A DNA stretch of 48,840 bases, taken from NCBI GenBank assembly GCA_020435705.1, contig JAGQZG010000001.1, positions 1 to 48,840 of the forward strand, in the 5' to 3' direction. This document shows, piece by piece, positions 18,197-26,736 of this stretch; the first letter of the stretch is position 1; each line of letters starts with the position of its first letter. The DNA comes from Mangrovimonas sp. (lineage in GTDB: Bacteria; Bacteroidota; Bacteroidia; Flavobacteriales; Flavobacteriaceae). A program made the translations under genes and the position numbers. The notes under the pieces were generated by a model. It made no database searches. It was not told where the DNA came from and saw only the letters and a program-made list of their open reading frames with translations.

Positions 18197-19240
18197 ATGA
18201 CTCAAAAACTTAAAAAAACATATAAGTTTGCCTTTAAAACGGCACTCTACATCACTACTTTTTTAACGCTCTTCACGAGTGTTTTTTTATATTTCACCAT
18301 GGGCTTGAGTTGGGTGTATCCCTTGGTTTTTGCCTTAGTATGTTATGTATGCTGTTTTTTGATCATCCAATACAGGGTGGAAAGATTCATCTACAGGAGA
18401 GTAAAGAAAATCTATGACGATTTGACCCTCTTAGAGTCCACCACGCTGCGTAATCAACCCATTACTACAGACATGGCCACCTTGACACAAGAAATAGACA
18501 AGTTTGCCAAAGACAAAAAACTGGAGATAGAAACGCTTAAAGTAAGAGAAGAATACCGGAAGGAGTTTTTTGGGAATGTTTCACATGAACTAAAAACACC
18601 TCTGTTTACTGTACAAGGGTATATTTTAACCTTATTGGATGGTGCCATTGACGACAAAAACGTCAATAAAAAATACCTTCAAAGAGCCAGTAAAGGTGTG
18701 GAAAGGCTCATTTATATTGTCAAAGACCTTGACATGATCACCAAATTGGAGTTGGGAGATTTGGTTCTTAAGGCAGAACAGTTTGACATCATTGAATTGG
18801 TGCAAAATGTCTTCGATTTATTTGAGATGAAGGCCCAAAAGAAACGCATCACGCTCTCTTTTGATAAAGATTACGACCACCCTGTTTATGTGATGGCCGA
18901 TAAAGAACGCATTCAGCAAGTGCTTACCAACCTTATCGTTAATTCCATTAAGTATGGAAGGGATAAGGGAACAACAGAAGTCAGTATAGAAAATCTCATC
19001 AAAAACAAGGTTATCGTTAGGGTAACCGACAATGGCGAGGGTATTTCCAAATCTAATCTGGCACGTATTTTTGAGCGTTTTTATAGAGTTGATAAGAGCG
19101 GGTCAAGACGAGAAGGTGGCTCCGGACTTGGACTGTCTATCGTAAAACATATTATTGAGGCTCACAATGAAAAAATATATGTGGAAAGTGAATTGGGTGT
19201 AGGCAGTGAATTTTCATTTACCCTTGAAAAGGTGGAATAA
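18197..19240 (+). CDS. sensor histidine kinase (HisKA + HATPase_c)
   Basis: It has two N-terminal TM helices, the H-box FGNVSHELKTPL, an N-box LTNLIVNSIKY, a G1 box DNGEGI and a G2 box GGSGLGLSI. It starts 3 nt after the regulator gene. Confidence 0.9.
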   Translation: MTQKLKKTYKFAFKTALYITTFLTLFTSVFLYFTMGLSWVYPLVFALVCYVCCFLIIQYRVERFIYRRVKKIYDDLTLLESTTLRNQPITTDMATLTQEIDKFAKDKKLEIETLKVREEYRKEFFGNVSHELKTPLFTVQGYILTLLDGAIDDKNVNKKYLQRASKGVERLIYIVKDLDMITKLELGDLVLKAEQFDIIELVQNVFDLFEMKAQKKRITLSFDKDYDHPVYVMADKERIQQVLTNLIVNSIKYGRDKGTTEVSIENLIKNKVIVRVTDNGEGISKSNLARIFERFYRVDKSGSRREGGSGLGLSIVKHIIEAHNEKIYVESELGVGSEFSFTLEKVE

Positions 19241-20275
19241 TTCCTTGTAATCTATAGCCGATCCTAAATTTACTAACCCTGTATAGTTCTCCACAAACTC
19301 CAGTTTGCTTAAGTTTATATCGTCCTGAGTGCAATAAGGAACTAAGTTTTGCTTTTCAAGTATCTTGGCAAGATATTCTTGTTCGGTTTGTCCAGGTGTG
19401 GGGATAAAAAAGGCCTTCTTTTCAAGAATGGCCAAATCCATTATAGTTGTATAACCAGATCTTGAAACTATAATTTCACTTTCATTGATGGCTTTTTCAA
19501 GCTGTTCACTAGTCATGAAATTATAGACGGTGAGCTGGTTTAAGGTTTCTACGGTTTGTTTTCTTTGGATAAGACCTTTCACAAAAAGTATGGGTTGCGT
19601 GGAATTGCTGAAAATGGAAAGCAATTTTTCTTCCAATAACGTGCGTTGAGGTTCCGGTCCGGAAATAAGAACCATGATTTGATACTTTTTTTCTGTCTCT
19701 CTTTTGGTAAACCTGCTTATGGGCCCTAAATATTTTATGGGAATATCGAACGACTTAACATGGCCCAATTTTCCGGTTAGGTTAGGTTCGCCCTTGCAAT
19801 CCGGTACCCAGCATTCGTTGAATTTTTTAATGAACTTTTGATGCAACTTGGTGCTTAGCCAAGTAGTTTTTCCGCTCAACACATTCAATTGGTGGGTCAT
19901 AAAGACACAGGGTATTTTTTTAGAATGCACACCCAGCCTGTTATCGGAAATGATACCCTCAATATTTAGGGTTTCAATAAGTTTCTTGGTTTCTTTTTTT
20001 TCTTTTTTGATGGCCTTGGCAAGCTTTGGTGAATCTTTTATGAGCTTCATCTTGAACCATTTGCCTTTTTTTGCATACGTAATTCCGTAGGAAGGTAATT
20101 CCATGGTTTTAAGTTCGGGAAATTCTTTTTTGAGTAATTCGAGTGCAATCCCGTCCGAAGCAATGATGGGTTCAAAACCATCTTCAATCAAAGCATTGAT
20201 AATGGGGATGCATCTTGTGGCATGTCCCAATCCCCAGTTGAGCGGGGCAACTAAAATTCGTTTTTTTGTTGCCAT
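19214..20275 (-). CDS. glycosyltransferase, GT1/GT28-like (MurG-fold)
   Basis: The N-terminal motif is RILVAPLNWGLGHATRCIPIINAL and the C-terminal nucleotide-sugar half is SRSGYTTIMDL...PTPGQTEQEYLA. The start is either ATG 20275 or ATG 20281, and the upstream 17-19 codons of the ORF look non-coding. Confidence 0.75.
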   Translation of the reverse strand: MATKKRILVAPLNWGLGHATRCIPIINALIEDGFEPIIASDGIALELLKKEFPELKTMELPSYGITYAKKGKWFKMKLIKDSPKLAKAIKKEKKETKKLIETLNIEGIISDNRLGVHSKKIPCVFMTHQLNVLSGKTTWLSTKLHQKFIKKFNECWVPDCKGEPNLTGKLGHVKSFDIPIKYLGPISRFTKRETEKKYQIMVLISGPEPQRTLLEEKLLSIFSNSTQPILFVKGLIQRKQTVETLNQLTVYNFMTSEQLEKAINESEIIVSRSGYTTIMDLAILEKKAFFIPTPGQTEQEYLAKILEKQNLVPYCTQDDINLSKLEFVENYTGLVNLGSAIDYKELFHLFKGK

Positions 20276-20346
20276 TGGCATTAAAATATGAAAAGCAAAT
20301 GTAAAGCAGTTTACTTTCACTAATTTTACCAAAATATTAAATATAC

Positions 20347-21021
20347 GTGGGAAGCAAAAACAAATTAAAAAGATTTCGAGAGAATGAGACGTTTCAAAAT
20401 GTAGTTCAGCCTAACAGGGACGAATTGACGAATGGCAAATTTCCCCTCAAAGGAAAGTGGAATGAAACTTTTTTTAAAAACAATGCCCCACTGGTACTTG
20501 AATTGGGCTGCGGGAAAGGCGAATATTCCGTTGGACTTGCCAAGAAGTTTCCCGACAAAAATTTTATAGGCATCGACATTAAAGGAGCCCGTTTTTGGCG
20601 TGGTGCCAAAACTGCTCAGGAAGAAAACATGAACAATGTGGCTTTTTTACGTGCTCAAATTGAATTAATAGATTTTGCCTTTGCCGAAAATGAAGTAGAT
20701 GAAATTTGGATTACCTTTCCAGATCCGCAAATCAAATATAAACGAACAAAGCACCGTTTGACCAATTCAGATTTTTTAAAAAAATATAAGCGTATTTTAA
20801 AATTGGATGGCGTTGTAAATTTGAAGACAGATAGCGAGTTTATGCATGGGTATACCCTTGGGTTGTTACATGGGCAAGGCCATGAGGTTGTCTATGCAAA
20901 CAATGATGTGTACCATCAAGAAGGAAGCCCTGAAGAAGTGACAGCTATACAAACTTTTTACGAAAGTCAGTATCTTGAACTAGGGAAACCTATTACCTAT
21001 ATAAAATTTAAGATAAAATAG
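20347..21021 (+). CDS. trmB: tRNA (guanine46-N7)-methyltransferase
   Basis: It has the SAM motif LELGCGKGEY and the block ITFPDPQIKYKRTKHRL, both typical of TrmB. The start codon is GTG. Confidence 0.9.
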   Translation: MGSKNKLKRFRENETFQNVVQPNRDELTNGKFPLKGKWNETFFKNNAPLVLELGCGKGEYSVGLAKKFPDKNFIGIDIKGARFWRGAKTAQEENMNNVAFLRAQIELIDFAFAENEVDEIWITFPDPQIKYKRTKHRLTNSDFLKKYKRILKLDGVVNLKTDSEFMHGYTLGLLHGQGHEVVYANNDVYHQEGSPEEVTAIQTFYESQYLELGKPITYIKFKIK

Positions 21022-21024
21022 AAT

Positions 21025-21654
21025 TTGGACATCACATTTCTTTTTCTTTTAGGGTTGTTTTTCGCTGCTATTGGGATCGTTCCGCCAGGTTTGCTCAATA
21101 TGACTGTGGCTAAAGTAAGCTTAAAAGAAGGGTACGCTAGAGGAATCATGTTTTCTGTTGGTGCATGCCTTATTGTTGCCGTCCAAACCAGTATTGCGGC
21201 TGTTTTTGCCAAATACATTAGTAACCATCCTGACGTGGTAGACGTTTTGCAACGAGCCGCTTTTGTTATTTTTGTATTAATGACCATTTATTTTTTGGTG
21301 TTGGCGCAAAGACAACCCAAGCCAGTTGAGCAACAAGAGGCTAGAAGTAAACAAAGTCGGTTTTTTCAAGGCATGTTCATGTCGGCAATCAATGTGTTTC
21401 CTATCCCTTACCAAGCTTATATGACCTTGACCTTTGCGTCTTTTGGTTGGATGGAGTTTGATAAAATCAGTATCATTTCTTATGTTACAGGGGCTGTTAT
21501 GGGAACGTTTGTGATGTTTTACATTTACATCTTCTTTTTTGATAAGATTAAGAGTAAGAAGTTCACCACGCAAAAGAACATGAATTATATCATTGGAGCC
21601 ATTACAGGAATAATTGCTATTATAACGCTTATTAAAATCATTCAAGAACTTTAA
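21025..21654 (+). CDS. LysE/RhtB family amino-acid exporter-like membrane protein
   Basis: The 209-aa protein has about 6 TM helices and an N-terminal PPGLLNM motif. The start codon is TTG. Confidence 0.7.
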   Translation: MDITFLFLLGLFFAAIGIVPPGLLNMTVAKVSLKEGYARGIMFSVGACLIVAVQTSIAAVFAKYISNHPDVVDVLQRAAFVIFVLMTIYFLVLAQRQPKPVEQQEARSKQSRFFQGMFMSAINVFPIPYQAYMTLTFASFGWMEFDKISIISYVTGAVMGTFVMFYIYIFFFDKIKSKKFTTQKNMNYIIGAITGIIAIITLIKIIQEL

Positions 21655-21655
21655 G

Positions 21656-21985
21656 ATGAAACCTGAGACCCTCAATTTCTTTGAACAAGTCTATGCAGTG
21701 GCCAAGTGTATCCCCCATGGGAGAGTGACCAGCTATGGTGCCATTGCCAATTATCTGGGAGCTTTCCGAAGTGCCCGAATGGTAGGTTATGCCATGAATG
21801 GTTCAGTAGGGAAAGACGTGCCGGCACACCGTGTTGTTAACCGAAATGGATTGTTAACAGGAAAACACCATTTTGATGGCACCAATCTCATGCAGCAACT
21901 TTTAGAAAGCGAAGGGGTTACGGTCAAGAACAACCAAGTTCAGGAATTGGATAAAGTTTTTTGGGATCCAGCAAAAGAATTATAA
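21656..21985 (+). CDS. MGMT-family DNA-binding protein lacking the acceptor cysteine (alkyltransferase-like, ATL)
   Basis: It has a helix-turn-helix block (GRVTSYGAIANYLG..ARMVGYAM) and the active-site position reads VPAHRVV rather than PCHRV. Ala57 is the gca codon at 21824-21826. Confidence 0.8.
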   Translation: MKPETLNFFEQVYAVAKCIPHGRVTSYGAIANYLGAFRSARMVGYAMNGSVGKDVPAHRVVNRNGLLTGKHHFDGTNLMQQLLESEGVTVKNNQVQELDKVFWDPAKEL

Positions 21986-22070
21986 AAAGTCCCCTTAATA
22001 GTCAAGACTCACAAACACAATTAAATTCAAAACTTCATTGCAATAGCTTCCATCTTCAAGCTATAATAAG

Positions 22071-22078
22071 TATATTTG
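22071..22078 (+). promoter_or_regulatory. putative -7 box for the mrp-nifU cluster
   Basis: tatatttg matches TAnnTTTG and lies about 90 nt upstream of the ATG at 22168, implying a long leader. Confidence 0.4.
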
Positions 22079-22167
22079 CAGTTTAGAATAATTCTGAATA
22101 AAGTGAAGGCAACAATTGTTACAAACGCATTTAACAAGTTGCTTTACATTTGTTTATCTAAAGTGAT

Positions 22168-23301
22168 ATGAAACTCAACAAACAAGATATTTTACAAGCA
22201 CTGGAGACTATTTCCGAACCTGGTGAAGGCGGGAATTTGGTTGAGAGTGGTGCGCTTACCAACATCGTGATTTTTGGAGATGAGGTGGTTGTAGATGTGA
22301 CTATAAAAAATCCAAGCCTTCAGGCCAAAAAGAAAACTGAAGTGGAAATCATGAAAGCCATTCACGATAAGGTTTACGAGAAAGCGAAGGTGAAAGTGAA
22401 TATAAAAGTGGAGGCGACTCAAAAACCTAAGAATGAAATCAAGGGCAAGTCCATTCCCGGAATACAAAACATCGTTGCTGTAGCTTCAGGGAAAGGGGGC
22501 GTTGGAAAATCTACCGTTACGGCCAATTTGGCTGCAACACTGGCCAAAATGGGATTTAAAGTGGGTGTTTTGGATGCCGATATCTATGGGCCATCCATTC
22601 CTATTATGTTTGATGTTGAACACGATCGCCCCATAGCGGTTGATGTGAACGGAAAATCAAAAATGAAACCTATTGAAAATTATGGGGTCAAGATTCTCTC
22701 CATAGGCTTTTTCACACGCCCAGACCAAGCTGTTATTTGGCGTGGCCCTATGGCGGCCAAAGCGCTTAACCAAATGATTTTTGATGCCGCTTGGGACGAC
22801 TTGGATTTTCTTTTGGTTGACTTGCCTCCAGGCACTGGAGATATTCACTTGAGCATTATGCAGTCCCTGCCTATTACAGGGGCCGTAGTCGTAAGCACGC
22901 CGCAAAATGTAGCTTTGGCCGATGCTAGAAAAGGGGTTGCCATGTTCCAGCAAGAAAGTATTAATGTACCTGTTTTAGGTATTGTAGAAAACATGGCCTA
23001 TTTTACGCCTGAGGAATTACCAACTAACAAATACTACATTTTTGGGAAAGAAGGCGCAAGAAATTTGGCCGAAGATTTGAAAGTACCTTTCTTGGGAGAA
23101 ATTCCCTTGGTGCAAAGCATCCGAGAAGCTGGTGATGTGGGACGCCCAGCAGCATTGCAAACGGCTACCCCATTGGAAAGCGCCTTTGAAAAATTAACGC
23201 AAAACATAGTACAGGAAGTAGTGAGTAGAAATGAAAATTTACCGCCTACTGAAGCCATAAAAATAACAACCATGGCGGGCTGTTCTGCCATTAAAAAATA
23301 G
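22168..23301 (+). CDS. Mrp/NBP35/ApbC family P-loop ATPase (iron-sulfur cluster carrier family)
   Basis: It has an N-terminal DUF59/MIP18-like domain, the deviant Walker A VASGKGGVGKST, and a Walker B LLVDLPPGTGD. The usual CXXC after the ENM block is absent. Confidence 0.9.
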   Translation: MKLNKQDILQALETISEPGEGGNLVESGALTNIVIFGDEVVVDVTIKNPSLQAKKKTEVEIMKAIHDKVYEKAKVKVNIKVEATQKPKNEIKGKSIPGIQNIVAVASGKGGVGKSTVTANLAATLAKMGFKVGVLDADIYGPSIPIMFDVEHDRPIAVDVNGKSKMKPIENYGVKILSIGFFTRPDQAVIWRGPMAAKALNQMIFDAAWDDLDFLLVDLPPGTGDIHLSIMQSLPITGAVVVSTPQNVALADARKGVAMFQQESINVPVLGIVENMAYFTPEELPTNKYYIFGKEGARNLAEDLKVPFLGEIPLVQSIREAGDVGRPAALQTATPLESAFEKLTQNIVQEVVSRNENLPPTEAIKITTMAGCSAIKK

Positions 23302-23312
23302 TTTCAATAAGT

Positions 23313-23561
23313 ATGTTGACCATGACAACTGAACAATTACGATTAAATGTTGAAAAGGCTTTGGATGAAATCCGCCCGTTTCTACAGAGTGATGGTGGCG
23401 ATATCTCGCTGGTTTCCATTGAAGATGATAGGTTTGTGACGGTAAAATTATTGGGTGCATGCACCTCTTGCAGTGTCAATCAAATGACGCTTAAATCAGG
23501 TGTTGAAATGACCATTAAGAAGTATGCTCCTCAAATTGAGAAAGTTATCAATATGAGTTGA
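23313..23561 (+). CDS. NifU C-terminal-domain (Nfu-type) Fe-S scaffold/carrier protein
   Basis: The 82-aa protein has EIRPFLQSDGGDI and the CXXC motif GACTSCS. Confidence 0.85.
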   Translation: MLTMTTEQLRLNVEKALDEIRPFLQSDGGDISLVSIEDDRFVTVKLLGACTSCSVNQMTLKSGVEMTIKKYAPQIEKVINMS

Positions 23562-23624
23562 GGTGACATTTATCATTTTTAAATAGGTATTCACATTATA
23601 ATTTAGCCAGATAAATTTCAATTC

Positions 23625-24686
23625 ATGATTAAAACCGATATACTCATCATTGGCGCTGGGCCCACAGGATTATTTGCTGTATTTGAAGCAGGATTATTGA
23701 AACTGAAATGCCATTTGATAGATGCACTTCCGCAAATAGGAGGTCAACTTGCCGAAATCTACCCTAAAAAGCCTATTTATGACATCCCAGGATTTCCTGA
23801 AGTCTTAGCGGGTGAACTTGTTGATAATTTGATGGAGCAGTGCAAACAATTTCAGCCAGGATTTACCCTTGGAGAGCGTGCCGAAACCATTGAGAAATTA
23901 GACGACGGGAGTTTTGTGGTAACCACCAATAAAGGTACAAAACACAATGCTCCAGTAGTTGCTATAGCTGGAGGCTTGGGCAGCTTTGAGCCTAGAAAAC
24001 CACTCATACACAATATTGAAGAGTTTGAAGATAAAGGCGTTGAATACTTTATCAAGAATCCTGAAATATATAGGGATAAAAAGGTGGTGATTGCAGGTGG
24101 CGGCGATTCGGCATTGGATTGGAGTATTTTCTTGTCCAATGTTGCTTCTGAAGTAACTTTGATTCATAGAAGAAACGAGTTTAGAGGTGCTTTGGATTCT
24201 GTGGAAAAAGTTCAAGAGTTGAAAAACCAAGGAAAAATCAATTTGGTCACACCTGCTGAAGTCATAGGAATTTTGGGTGCTCGTGAAGTAAAAGGGGTGG
24301 TTGTTTCACAAGCCGAACATATCCAAAAAGAGTTTGAAATTGAATGTGATCACTTTATTCCTTTGTTTGGATTGGCACCTAAACTTGGGCCTATAGCCGA
24401 TTGGGGTCTTGAAATAGAAAAAAATGCAATCAAGGTAAACAATTCTTTGGACTACCAGACCAACATCCCAGGCATCTTCGCCATAGGAGATGTCAATACT
24501 TATCCAGGGAAGTTAAAACTGATCCTTTGTGGTTTCCATGAAGCGACACTCATGTGTCAGGCAGCGTATCAAATTATCAACCCGGGCAAAAAATATGTAT
24601 TGAAATACACGACCGTAAGTGGTGTTGACGGGTTTGATGGCAGCAGAAAAGAAGCTCCTAAGCAAGTGGTTAAAGCTATAGAATAG
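23625..24686 (+). CDS. thioredoxin-reductase-like ferredoxin--NADP(+) reductase
   Basis: It has the FAD motif IIGAGPTGLFA, the NADPH motif IAGGGDSALDW and the block GDVNTYPGK. It has no CxxC redox pair, which fits a TrxR-like FNR. Confidence 0.85.
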   Translation: MIKTDILIIGAGPTGLFAVFEAGLLKLKCHLIDALPQIGGQLAEIYPKKPIYDIPGFPEVLAGELVDNLMEQCKQFQPGFTLGERAETIEKLDDGSFVVTTNKGTKHNAPVVAIAGGLGSFEPRKPLIHNIEEFEDKGVEYFIKNPEIYRDKKVVIAGGGDSALDWSIFLSNVASEVTLIHRRNEFRGALDSVEKVQELKNQGKINLVTPAEVIGILGAREVKGVVVSQAEHIQKEFEIECDHFIPLFGLAPKLGPIADWGLEIEKNAIKVNNSLDYQTNIPGIFAIGDVNTYPGKLKLILCGFHEATLMCQAAYQIINPGKKYVLKYTTVSGVDGFDGSRKEAPKQVVKAIE

Positions 24687-25018
24687 TGGAAAAAGATATA
24701 AAAATAAAAATCACAGATAGAGACGGTGTAACGCACAACATCCTAGCGCCCACTGATATGGCCATGAATCTCATGGAAGTGGTTCGCAGTTATGAACTGG
24801 CTCCCGAAGGTACCATTGGTATATGTGGCGGGATGGCCATGTGCGCCTCTTGCCAATGCTATATTTTATCAGACACACCACTTCCCGAAATGCAAGACGA
24901 TGAGGAAGCTATGTTAAGTGAAGCGTTTTATGTAAAAGACAACAGCCGTTTGGGTTGTCAAATCCAAATGACGCCAGAATTGGATGGTCTTGAAGTTGAA
25001 TTAGCACCTGAAAGCTAA
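24686..25018 (+). CDS. 2Fe-2S ferredoxin (adrenodoxin/putidaredoxin type)
   Basis: The cysteine pattern is CGGMAMCASC followed later by LGCQ. The GTG start shares one nucleotide with the FNR stop codon (taGtg). Confidence 0.85.
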   Translation: MEKDIKIKITDRDGVTHNILAPTDMAMNLMEVVRSYELAPEGTIGICGGMAMCASCQCYILSDTPLPEMQDDEEAMLSEAFYVKDNSRLGCQIQMTPELDGLEVELAPES

Positions 25019-25902
25019 TAATCTCTTAAGCTTTTTGGCCCCTCCAAAAGCACTCGTATAATTTGCAACGTGCCATCATCTTTGGTGGAGACTTGCCATT
25101 TAATCAAGGAAATTTCACCTTGTTCTATTTCAATACCTGTGATACTTCTAGGATGTACGCAGCTTCCATCATTGAAAAAAGGAATGTCGCCAGGCTCAGG
25201 AAAGCGTGGCCGGTGGGTGTGACCTACTATGGTCATTAAATTATTGTTTTGAACAATCCAATCTTTAATTCGCCTTTCAACTTTAATTAATTCTTTATAG
25301 TTTTTAGCCGGACTTGTAGGATCGGCTATACCCATTACATTTAGAGGTTTCCAAAGAATTCGTACCAAAAAACGGTTCCATCGCCACGCTACATAATTCC
25401 ACCAATCGGCTTGATGCCCATGTGTTAAAAACAGCTCTTGCTGGGTCTCGGTATGTTTTAGCATCAGGGCTTCATAAAACTTGATGTTGCAAAAAAGATC
25501 TACATCCGTCCCTGTTTTGGGATCAAAATAAGACGATAGCGTTTTCTCTACATAACTAGGATTTCTATATACCATATCATGATTACCCCAAACCATATGC
25601 AACCTGCCCTCATCATGAAACAGTTTCATGAGTTCATACACATTTTTATGGGCTTCCAAAATGGGCTGAAAGGACAAGTTTTCCCATAATTCATCACCAT
25701 CGCCAATTTCACAATACTGGAAACCCTCTTGGTAATAATGTTTTAAAGCGTGGTAGTAAATGTTCCTGTTGTTTGCAAAATCATCAGCAAAACTATTGTC
25801 ACTTCTGTGGCAATCACTGAAAAAAATGAACTTCGACTGGTCATCAAAAGGAATGGTTTTCGCATTCTTGTAAGCCCTTGTGAGTCTATCAAAACTTCCC
25901 AT
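25015..25902 (-). CDS. metallophosphoesterase family protein
   Basis: Calcineurin-like motifs are SDCH (DxH), GDGDE (GDxxD), GNHD and GHTH. The protein is 295 aa. Confidence 0.8.
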   Translation of the reverse strand: MGSFDRLTRAYKNAKTIPFDDQSKFIFFSDCHRSDNSFADDFANNRNIYYHALKHYYQEGFQYCEIGDGDELWENLSFQPILEAHKNVYELMKLFHDEGRLHMVWGNHDMVYRNPSYVEKTLSSYFDPKTGTDVDLFCNIKFYEALMLKHTETQQELFLTHGHQADWWNYVAWRWNRFLVRILWKPLNVMGIADPTSPAKNYKELIKVERRIKDWIVQNNNLMTIVGHTHRPRFPEPGDIPFFNDGSCVHPRSITGIEIEQGEISLIKWQVSTKDDGTLQIIRVLLEGPKSLRDY

Positions 25903-25936
25903 AAATTAAATGTAGGGAAAAATTAAATACATAGTG

Positions 25937-26671
25937 TTAGTCATCCAATTTTTCAAGAGCTACAGGTAAAATACGCTCAACAAATTGGGTGTAGGCCAAT
26001 CCTGAAGGATGCAATCCATCACTTGCAACTAGGGATGTTTGTTCCAATCCTAAGCGGGTAATATCTGTAATGTAAACATAGGATATGTCATTTTCGGAAC
26101 AATAATCTTGGGCAAATTGATTGTATTCATCTATTTCAGTTGAAATTTGTTGCGGGTTTGCCGAACCTTGCCCATAAGGTGTGTAAGCATAATCTGGAAT
26201 AGAGATAACAATAACTTTTGAAGGGTCATCGGAAGCCAGTGTTTTAGCTTTTTCAACTAGGGCTGCAAATTCAGTTTCATAAATAGAGAAGTTTAGATGG
26301 CTATACTGATTATTGACGCCAATAAGTAATGTTACCAAGTCATAATTACTATTTAAATTTGTCGCGTCAATGGCAGAAAGCAAATTAGTTGTTGTCCAAC
26401 CTGTTTGTGCAATAATCTTCAGTTCTACTGAGCCTGAGGTGCTGTAATGACTTTCCAAAGCTAATTTCAGTTGTTCGGGGAATCTGCAAGTTTCGCACAC
26501 ACTATGGCCAATAGTATAACTGTCTCCCAAGGAAATCAGTTTGATGGTATTCTCTTGTGAAGAATTTTCATCAGGATTGTGGTTTGAAGACGTATTTAGT
26601 TCTTGACTGTTAGAGGAACAGCTCATTGCTAAAAACCAAAGTAAAAGGACAAAAGAAGTTTTTATTTTCAT
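25937..26671 (-). CDS. SGNH/GDSL hydrolase lipoprotein
   Basis: It has a lipobox (LAMSC), block I GDSYT, block III GVNN and block V DGLHPS. Confidence 0.85.
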   Translation of the reverse strand: MKIKTSFVLLLWFLAMSCSSNSQELNTSSNHNPDENSSQENTIKLISLGDSYTIGHSVCETCRFPEQLKLALESHYSTSGSVELKIIAQTGWTTTNLLSAIDATNLNSNYDLVTLLIGVNNQYSHLNFSIYETEFAALVEKAKTLASDDPSKVIVISIPDYAYTPYGQGSANPQQISTEIDEYNQFAQDYCSENDISYVYITDITRLGLEQTSLVASDGLHPSGLAYTQFVERILPVALEKLDD

Positions 26672-26687
26672 AGCAGTTTAAAGATAC

Positions 26688-26714
26688 AAAAAAAGCGTTT
26701 CAACTTGAAACGCT
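26688..26714 (-). terminator. rho-independent terminator of the acyl-CoA dehydrogenase gene
   Basis: On the minus strand the hairpin is gcgtttcaa-g-ttgaaacgc, followed by T7. Confidence 0.7.
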
Positions 26715-26736
26715 TAGAATAACACTTAAAATAATC

